64,000 nucleotides of DNA. It comes from Utricularia gibba (lineage: Eukaryota; Plantae; Magnoliophyta). This document shows positions 55,403 to 64,000 of this stretch, piece after piece; the stretch's first letter is position 1; each line of letters starts with the position of its first letter. A program made the translations under genes and the position numbers. The notes under the pieces were generated by a model. It did not search any database. It had not been told where the DNA came from and saw nothing but the letters and a program-made list of their open reading frames with translations. The stretch covers positions 3,162,001 to 3,226,000 of the forward strand of contig NEEC01000007.1 in the NCBI GenBank assembly GCA_002189035.1. Reading direction: 5' to 3'.

Positions 55403-56798
55403 GGCGCCAATATAGGAATCGAGGTTTGGAGAATCAATTCACCGCCGTCGTTAAAGCGCCGCCGTATGAGCTTCCCGCTGTATCTAAGCAAAGTAAACAG
55501 ATCCGGCGGGCTTCCGACATGGACTACATCCACAAGGCGGACCAAGATTACAATTTAAGCAATAAACGACCTTAATGGGCTCCAACATGGAGTCCATTGG
55601 CTTCTTTACTGGGCTTTATTTTAAACATTTTTATAAATATCCAATACAACTAAAATTACTAATATTGAATATTAAATTAGGATTCAACTAATATAATGTT
55701 TCAATTTGTTTATGACTGACTATAATAATGTGTTTCGGATAATTTTTGGGTGAAATTTTTATTTCTATTTTTACTACAATAATTTTACACATAACAGTTC
55801 TTATTTTTATGTATGCTTTTTATAAAAATAATTTTCGAATATAATTAAAAATGAGACATAATTAAAAATAAAAAAACTACTTCTAGTTTTTATTTTTAAT
55901 TTTAACATTCGATTTCTGAAAATATTTTTCATCCTCAAACTCCCAATCTATATTATTCAAAAATCCACTTAATAATCTAATCACAAATTTTCCATATTTG
56001 GAAAATATTTTTTGATCTGTTTCTGTAATTTTTTCAAAACATATTATTTATATGTCTATTTTTTCAAAAAATTTCTACTTCGATTTTTACTTTTTTTCAA
56101 ATATAAAAACAATATTAAAAAATTTTCCATAATACTCCTTAAATGTTGTTAGACATTGTTACTTGAAAAAAGAATGGTGATTGCTATAAATTGTTGTAAT
56201 TAAATTTTTATATATAATTATTAAAATATGTACAATTCAAAGTACACAAAAAAGATTACTTCTTTTGATAAGGGAAAAATCGGTCAAGGGTAATCGGTTC
56301 CTAAAAGGTTGCCAAAAGAGATCCCGAGGGGATAACGCCAGACGACAGATCGACGTTTGTCAGAAATCTGACAGGTATGGCCATATGACACAGTCTGAAA
56401 AGCGGCCGAATTACGGTATAATAGGCGGCCGATATCTGAAAAGCGAGATCGTATAGCAAAAGCAGAAAGCAACCGATATTTGCAGACACCAAAATTCAGT
56501 CAGAGTGAGCTCTCCTATAAATAGACGAAATTATGACAAGAAAGGGATTGGACTAAAAAAGATTTCTTCAATTTGTATTCTCCTCTTAGCGATCTCCATC
56601 TAGTGAAACTCTTTTCCAGCGAGCTCTGGTAGCTCCGTGGTTTTTCCACTTTCCGGCGGTTTCCACGTAAAAAATCCTTGCTCATTCTTATTTCAATCGC
56701 ACCAACCGTGAAGAACGTGACCAAGCGTGGCATTCCCGACCGCGCCTATCACCTGAAACCGGCCCCCCAACGGATACCGATTTCACCCATAACATATT

Positions 56799-56816
56799 TA
56801 GCGCCCACTGTGGGGC
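56799..56816 (+). other. PBS complementary to the tRNA-Lys 3' end
   Basis: TAGCGCCCACTGTGGGGC vs expected TGGCGCCCACCGTGGGGC (two transitions), 4 nt after the LTR end. Confidence 0.75.
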
Positions 56817-56872
56817 TGCGTTCCACAGTCCCATTTGAGAAACCCACAGGAGCCACTCGCTAATCACGAGTC

Positions 56873-59800
56873 ATGGTGGAAAATAGCACAGCCACCAACC
56901 CGGCTCATGACGGAAGTGCCGACGCGCGAGACCCCGGCCTTATGATCACTAGCAAGGAGCAACTGAAAGCCTTGCTAACGGAAATCCTTACCGACTTCCG
57001 GGCACCTTCAGGTCTCAACTCCAACGCCCAGGAGAGAACACCCGAAACCGCACCACGAACGGCGAAGCAACCTCTTATTCTGGAGTACCCCAGATACGGA
57101 GACTGAATCCGAAACCGAAGAGGAGATGCTACGGAGAAAGAGGCTCAACCAAGTCGTGTATGAGCCAGGTGCTGATAGGGAAAACATGACTAGCAAAATC
57201 TTGGAAGAAAGAGAAGAAGAGTTGAAGAGAGAGTTAGACCAGATCCGCGAGAGGAAAAGATTTATCGACAAGCGGATGTTGGCAGGGAGAAGAGAGGATA
57301 GAGGCTTCAAGGACGTTTTCGATCAGAACGTATCCACTAGGAGAGGAGATGTTTTGGCCGATATTGCTTTGGCCTTAAAGAGTGGAGTTGAGGGAGCGAC
57401 TGGAACCACAACGCTGCGTTTTGACCCTTTCTCAGACGATTTAGTCGGAGAAGAGCCCGAGAGAGGATTTAGAGTCCCAGACGGATTACCCACGTATGAC
57501 GAAAAAGGGGACCCCATATCGCATGTAACCGACTTCGATAAGAGGATGTCCACAGTTCGACATTTAGAGGCCATGAAGTGTAAGCTGTTTGCTTGCTCGC
57601 TCCAAAAAGGAGCGAAGACTTGGTTTAAACAGTTAGAACCATGTAGCGTGGCATCTTATCGGGAATTAGTATTGCTCTTCACTACTCGATACATTGTTAA
57701 CATTGAAGCTCCACCTTTGAAGGCATCACTATACTCTATTCGGTACGATCACCGAAAATAGAGCTTGCGAAGATTCATCGATCGATTCAACTGCTTGGCG
57801 CAGGATGTCCAATTGGATTTAAAAGAAAGGGTGGAAATAATGAAGCGGGCCTTAGGAACGTCGAAATTGGGACAGAGTCTATCGAAGTCCCCACCAAAGA
57901 ATCTCGGAAAATTGCTAAGGAAAATCATGAAATACATCCGAGTGGACGACGACCTCAGGGCCGAGATGAAAAGTCGTGTGGAGATTCGTCCAGTCCCACA
58001 GCAGGAGACCCAACTTAACCGGGGACCCAGGCCGAATAAGCGCCGTGAAGTATATCAGGTGGAACCAACCAGAACAGATGCCTACTGCGAAATACACAAG
58101 ACCACCGGGCATGATACTGCCCACTGCCAACTGATGAAGAGGATGATCAAGCAGTATCATGCTGGTCAAGGGATGAACAACGTGATGCGGAACCCCGCAT
58201 CAATGACGGACTGGAAAAGAGGACGTAACGAGCGAACGGGGAACGAAGGGAACCGATATCCGAAATTCCTTCCGAAACCGGGGATGGCGAACTTGCAAGC
58301 CAACAGGGAACCGAATCTTGGAGGAGGACAAGACCTATCAGAAAGTTCACGGAGTGCCCATCAAATGCAGGGTAGTCCCCCCTATATTCGGGAAATCCAT
58401 ATGATATCCGGAGGAACCGAGATGGATGTGTCCGGAAAGGAACGGAAGAGATATTTGGATGAAGCTAGAAGAGGAGAAGTTTTTGAAATCGGAAATGGTC
58501 CGACTGAGAAAGCTGCTTGGGAAAAGGAAGAGATCAGCTTCTCCGACAAAGATGTCCCGACCGGCCCAGCCATGAGAGATGAGCCTTTGGTGGTGTCAGG
58601 AATATGTGGGAGCACCAAAGTAAGGAGGATTCTTATCGATCAAGGATCCTCGTGCAACATCATGAAGAAGGAAGTGGTCGAGTTATTGGCGTCATCTAAC
58701 GAGGGAAATATTCGCCTTGTGCACATGGAGTTGTACACATTCGACCAGCGGGCCGTGCAAACTATCGGGAAAATAACCCTGCCTGTAACATTCGAAGCGC
58801 CAGGGCGGAGTCGAACCGAGAGGTTGGAATTCTTAATCCTCGTACAACATCATCCTCGGGCGACCCGACATCAACAAATTCGGTATGTTACCCTCCACTG
58901 TGCATTTGAGAATCAAATTCCCAACGTCGAAGGGCATTTGTACGATGGGTATCGACCGACCAACTGCCCAGTCCTGTTACGTATCTTCCTTTCGGGACCC
59001 TTGCGCGAAAAAGTCGAGAGTGATGATGGTAGAAAAGGAACCCCGAGAACCCCCTAGGCAAGCAATGGAACCAATAGGGTACAAGTCGGTGCAACTAATA
59101 CCAGAAGATGCGCAGAAAGCCACCCACATCGGTGCCAATCTAGACGCTGGATTCGAGAAAAGGTTAGTTCAACTTTTGATGAAGAACATCGATATTTTTG
59201 CCTGGACTGCTACGGATTTTGTAGGCATCGATCGATCCGTCGCCGAACATCACATTGATACCTACCCGGGGACAAAACCGATTCGGCAGAAGCAACGACA
59301 TTTCTCAGAGGAAAAGTGCCAAATTATCAAAGAAAAAACAAGAGAGCTCTTGGAAGCTGGTTATGTGAAGGAGATCTAGTACTCCGAATGGGTAGCCAAC
59401 CCGATCATCGTCCCGAAGCTCGGGGGAAAATGGAGGATGTGCATTGACTTCACCGACCTCAACGCCTGCTGCGAAAGAGACCCTTATCCTTTGCCAAAGA
59501 TCGACAAGCTAGTAGACGCCATTGCCGGATCCCGATTCCTTAGCACCATGGATGCCTATTCGGAGTATCATCAAATTTTCGTTGCAGAGAAAGACCAACC
59601 GAAAACCACCTTCTACACTAAGGATGGGGTTTACTGCTACGTGGCAATGCCTTTCGGATTGAAGAATGCTGGGGCGACTTACCAGAGGTTGGTAAATAAA
59701 ATATTCTCTTCTGAAATCGGTACCTCAATGGAGGTGTATGTGAACGATATGATCGTGAAATCTATGAATGAAGAAGGCCATTTAGCGTATTTGGATTCGT

Positions 59801-61845
59801 GTTTCTCTTTATGTTGGTCATACGGGTTAAAGCTCAACCCATTGAAATGTTGCTTCGGGGTGCAAAGTGGAAAATTCCTTGGGTATCATGTATCAGAGAG
59901 AGGAATCGAGGCTGACCCCGAGAAGATTAAGGCAATATGCGAAATGCAACCCCCGAGGACAATCAAGGAGTATTAGAGCCTTACGGGTAAATTGGTTGCC
60001 CTCAGCCGTTTCATATCTCGGTCAGCCGATAAGTCGGCATCCTTCTTCAAGGTCTTGCAAAAGGGAAGCGCTTTAGAATGGAACGAAGATTGCCGGATTG
60101 CTTTTGAGAAACTCAAGGAATATCTCTCATCACCCTGCTTCTTGTGGCTCCGAAAGTAGGAGAGCCCTTAGGGTATTATGTAAGCAAAGTTTTGTTACCG
60201 GCCGAAACTCGCTATACGGTGACAGAAAAATTCATCTTGGCTCTCAAGATGGCAGCTACCAAATTGAGGTCATATTTCCAAGATCCACATTGTGGTATTC
60301 ACCAATCAGCCTCTTGAGGTCATATTTCCAAGATTTTCGGAAGGGTTACCAAATGGGCAGTTGAATTAAGTACAATGGATATTGAGTTTAAGTCGAGAAC
60401 AGCAATCAAGGCCCAACCTCTTGCCGATTTTGTGGTCGAAATGACCAGGCCTATAGACCGTTTCATGGAAGCCAATGATCGATGAGCTATGCACGTGGAT
60501 GGCTCAACATACAACGGCGCCGGAGGAGGGATAGACATTAGAACCCGAGAAGGAGAGCATATTTATATTACGGTGAAATTCTTATTCCCTACCTCCAACA
60601 ATGTGGCCGAATATGAAGCCCTGATCGAGGGAATGAAAATCGCCAAGGAGCTGGGCGTGGCAGAACTCAACATTTACACCGACTCGCGGCTTGTGCAAGG
60701 GCAGTTTTCGGGAGAATACGAAACCCATGACTCCCTCATGGCTCTGTACCGTGTCTAGGAGAAGGAATTGGCTAAAACCTTCAAGGAGTTCACCCTGTTG
60801 CACATAGCACGTGAGAAAAACGGGTCCACGGATAGCCTCGCCCGATTCGCAGCAGGGTTTCACGAGTTAAGAGAAGTGTGACAATTCGGTTGCGAGACCA
60901 ACCTTCGGTGAGCCTACGAGCCGTGAATCATATCACCCAGCAACCGGGAAACAGTATTTCTTCACAACTGAGTCTCCTTGATGACTGGACGATGCCCTAC
61001 ATCCGTTATTTACAAAATGGGAAAACCCCATCTGATAAGCCGAAAGCCCGACAGTTAGAGACTAGAGTGAAGAGGTATACGTTGGTGAATGGAATTCTCT
61101 ATCGCAAATCCTTAGATGGACCCTTATTGAGGTGCATCGGGGCAAAGCATTTTCAAGAACTCATAACCGATCTACATGAGGGTGAATGCGGCAGCCATAT
61201 TGGAACACGATCCTTATGCCGGAAAGTTCTAAGAACCGGGTACTACTCGCCAACTATCAAGCACAACTTCACCTCAGTATATCACCCGCAAAGCAATGGC
61301 CTCACAGAGGTAACGAACCGAACGCTCCAACTAGGTATGAAGACTAAGCTCGAAGATTTTGAGGGGTCATGGGCAGATCACTTAGATGAGGTACTGTGGT
61401 CATATCGCACTACCCCTCGAACCACCATGGAAGAGTCCCCATTCTTATTGGTTTACGGTTCAGAAGCCATATGCCCTATCGAATTGACCTTGAAGAGCTA
61501 CCGGGTAGAGCATTATAACGAAGAAGAGAATACTGAACTCCGAAAACTGGAATTGGAGCTATTGGAAGAGAAGCGACGAAGCATCTATAGCCGACTAGGG
61601 GCTTATCAGAGAAGAACGGAGAAGAGTTACAACCACTCGGTATCCCCAAGGGAATTCTCCGAGGGAGATTTGGTGCTCCGAAGCATCCAACCACAAAGAC
61701 ACGTCGGGAAATTAGACCGCAACTGGGAAGGCCCTTTTGGATTTCAAGGGTGATCGGAAAAGGAGCATATCGCCTAGAACAATTAGATGGCGTGGAACTC
61801 CCAAGGTCGTGGAACGCATCGCATCTAAAGAAGTTCTACGCCTAA
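56873..61845 (+). pseudogene. Retand gag-pol with stops, frameshifts and internal deletions
   Basis: gag YDEKGDPISHV...CKLFACSLQKGAKTWF; protease RILIDQGSSCNIM; RT KWRMCIDFTDLN...DPYPLPKID...MPFGLKNAGATYQR...YVNDM; archaeal-type RNase H VDGS...SNNVAEYEALIEG...TDSRLV; integrase H..C zinc-finger start, HPQSNG, WSYRTT, GAYRL...WNASHLKKFYA*. Confidence 0.9.
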
Positions 61846-62492
61846 CCGACTCAATATCAATCTCTGTCACAGGATTCGGCATTCTCTTCCCCAAAACGCT
61901 CATGCACCTATAAATTCCTCCAAAATGCAGATGGGAAAACAAAACACAAGCCTTGGCTGAATCGCGTAAGCCCAGGCAGACCATCAAAGATCTAAAGCTC
62001 TGGCCAAGTAACGTAAGCCCAGGCGAATCTCCTAAATCGGAGTCCCCTACGGGATATAGCAAATCGACTCGGAGTCTCCCACGATATATATATGCGATCC
62101 ACCAACCCAGGCGTCAATAGCAAGAAAAAGCCCTGGTACGATTCGGGCACCAAAGGCAAAAGTCAATAGACACAACAAACCAACTCGAGGCTTCCCCTGA
62201 AATGTGAACGTCACCAAAGGCAAAAGTGATGCACAAAAAACAGAGTAAATTAGAAGGAAACCCCGAACCGGGAGACCAAAATTATCCAAAAAGCCCCACA
62301 GTAGGGTGAAAAACATCAAGTCAAAAATTACTAAAGTACAGGAGGGGATGTGGGATTATCGGGAGGATTGGCAGAGGAACCGGTATGTCGTTCCATCCTT
62401 GCCCTCAGCTTGACGTCATTCTCTCGCCCTATCCTCGCCCGAATTAGCGCAATCAGTCGCTCCCGATCAGCTTCGAACCCGAACTCCGAGGC

Positions 62493-64000
62493 CTAGAAAG
62501 TATCCGCGATAACATCAAACATGTTCTCATCCTTCGTCAAGGGGTTTATCCTGTCGAAGTGCGGATCCATGATTGAAAGCCCAAATTCTCGGCTGAACTG
62601 TCGTCTCTGACAGTATAGAAGTAAGCCGATTAAATCTCCTGCATAGATATCGGAGAGTTCGGCAAAACAGGCCGAGTTGACAAAGTCATCCAGAAGACCC
62701 TGCCGAGATGCTTGTCGATCAAGTAATTCGGCCTCCAATGCTGAAATGCGGCCCCTGGCATGCTCTAACTCCGCTTCTGCCTCTTCAAATCGGACTTTGA
62801 AGTCCTCTCTCTCTGATTGAGCGTCGTCAACCACCTTTCCCATTTCCTCGATCACATTTCGCAGTTCTTCCTCCTGGCGGCTGCATTTCCCTAAAACGAT
62901 TTTCAACGAACTCCCCTCCTCCTCCAACAACTTTATCTGGGCGCTCTGAGCCACAACTTTCTCTCTGATTGAGCCTCCGATTGAGAGCCAATCTCTCTAA
63001 CCATTCCCCACCCAAGAGTCAGACCCTGAAAGAATATCCCAAGTCAAGGATCGACTACTTAGAATTTAGAAGAGGAAACGGGATACGTACCTGCCAGATC
63101 CCTTCAAGTACCTTCTCCGGCTGAACACCCGAGGTACTAGACATAGCTCCATCCAGGATTCCCCTTAGTTCAGCTAGGACTGAAGGTAGAGGAAGCACCG
63201 GGTTGTCCTTTACTTCTACGAGGGCAGAATCCCTCTGTAACTCGATTGGAAGAGCCGATGTTGAAGCACCAGCCGAAAAGAATCTTGCATCAGGAATAGG
63301 AGTATCGCTGAGATCGGGTGATGGAGGAAGTTTCTCTTTCCCTTTCCCGGCTGAAGGACGGGGAGTCAACTCCCGGATCTCGAAGACTTCTACTACTTGA
63401 TCCTCTGCCGAGGAAGGATCAGCGGCGTCCAGCTGAGCTCCAATCGTATCAGCCTGAAAGAAAAACCGAAAAAAAGGTTATAATCGGGAATTCGCAGTAA
63501 CTGTTAAATAGGAGACATACTGGTGCAGGGGAGGGATCCTTGGGTTCCTGCATCCTTTGCATCTCGGTAGAGAACCACGCCATCACCGAATCTTCCAGAG
63601 AGCTTCTTCGAGCCATCTCTTCAGCTGAAAACGAAAGAAGGAAAAGCAATAAGGCATAGTGTCGATTCTGAGACTCGGGAAAGCTGAACCCGACTACCTC
63701 TTTGCCTCTTTGAGGGTTTGTGCGCAACTGCCTTAACCCTTTTCTTTTTCTTGGGGGCCCCGGTTTGAACAGGTGGGGGAATCGGAGGTGAAGCCGGAAC
63801 AAGAGGGAAGGATGAAGAGGGGCTAAGAGGAAGGCTCCTCGAATCGGTGCCGTCGAAAGGAATGATATCGGGCCAATGGAGGTCTCGGGAACGACCGATA
63901 ATACATGATCTTTTCAACGACTCACCCGAGAACATCAAGGCACGAGACTCATACCGAACTGAGCCCCGACTAAGCCTCTCATAAAGGACTTCGCGAGATT
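62493..64000 (-). CDS. Spliced antisense accessory gene of the Retand element (partial; one apparent frameshift near the 3' end)
   Basis: Exons >64000-63698, 63624-63521, 63453-63091 and 63025-62493 are joined by GT-AG introns of 73, 67 and 65 nt, all phase-compatible. The product is Pro/Lys-rich, then acidic, with a C-terminal coiled coil. Confidence 0.7.

Larger units (their letters stand above)
56266..64000 (+). mobile_element. Tat/Retand-type Ty3/gypsy LTR retrotransposon, degenerate, 3' end outside the window
   Basis: 5' LTR ~56266-56794 (TGAT...AACA), Lys-type PBS, gag-PR-RT-RH-archaeal RH-INT, and a long 3' region carrying an antisense gene. Confidence 0.92.

Noticed and set aside
55205-55575. 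Plus-strand ORFs of 117 and 70 aa opposite the RBM19 5' end
   Set aside because: These are shadow ORFs of GC-rich first exons and promoter, with no recognisable product.

Overview
Plant (angiosperm) nuclear DNA: compact, short-intron genes separated by LTR-retrotransposon-rich, AT-rich DNA. Left to right: (1) a complete but degenerate Athila-type Ty3/gypsy element on the minus strand (3594-14849; ~1.42-kb LTRs, TTTCC target-site duplication, tRNA-Asp PBS, gag-pol, env-like accessory ORF); (2) a nest of older relics (two diverged Athila-family LTRs, a Tekay-like chromovirus fragment, a copia gag-protease fragment, Harbinger remnants); (3) a 97-aa conserved small membrane-protein gene; (4) an SPL14/16-type SBP-box gene; (5) an HDA19-like histone deacetylase whose N-terminal coding exon(s) I cannot find; (6) a copia RT/RNase H relic; (7) MCM6 with a paired E2F promoter; (8) RBM19/MRD1 on the minus strand with a start codon split by an intron; (9) a Tat/Retand element with a spliced antisense accessory gene running off the window end. 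The most striking observation is in the Athila element. Where the polypurine tract should abut the 3' LTR, there is instead a 16/17 copy of the 5' end of tRNA-Asp(GUC), the same tRNA whose 3' end matches the PBS. This suggests that one tRNA, or a 5' fragment of it, may prime both DNA strands. All alignments and counts were made by eye, and family assignments come from recalled motifs, not database searches.
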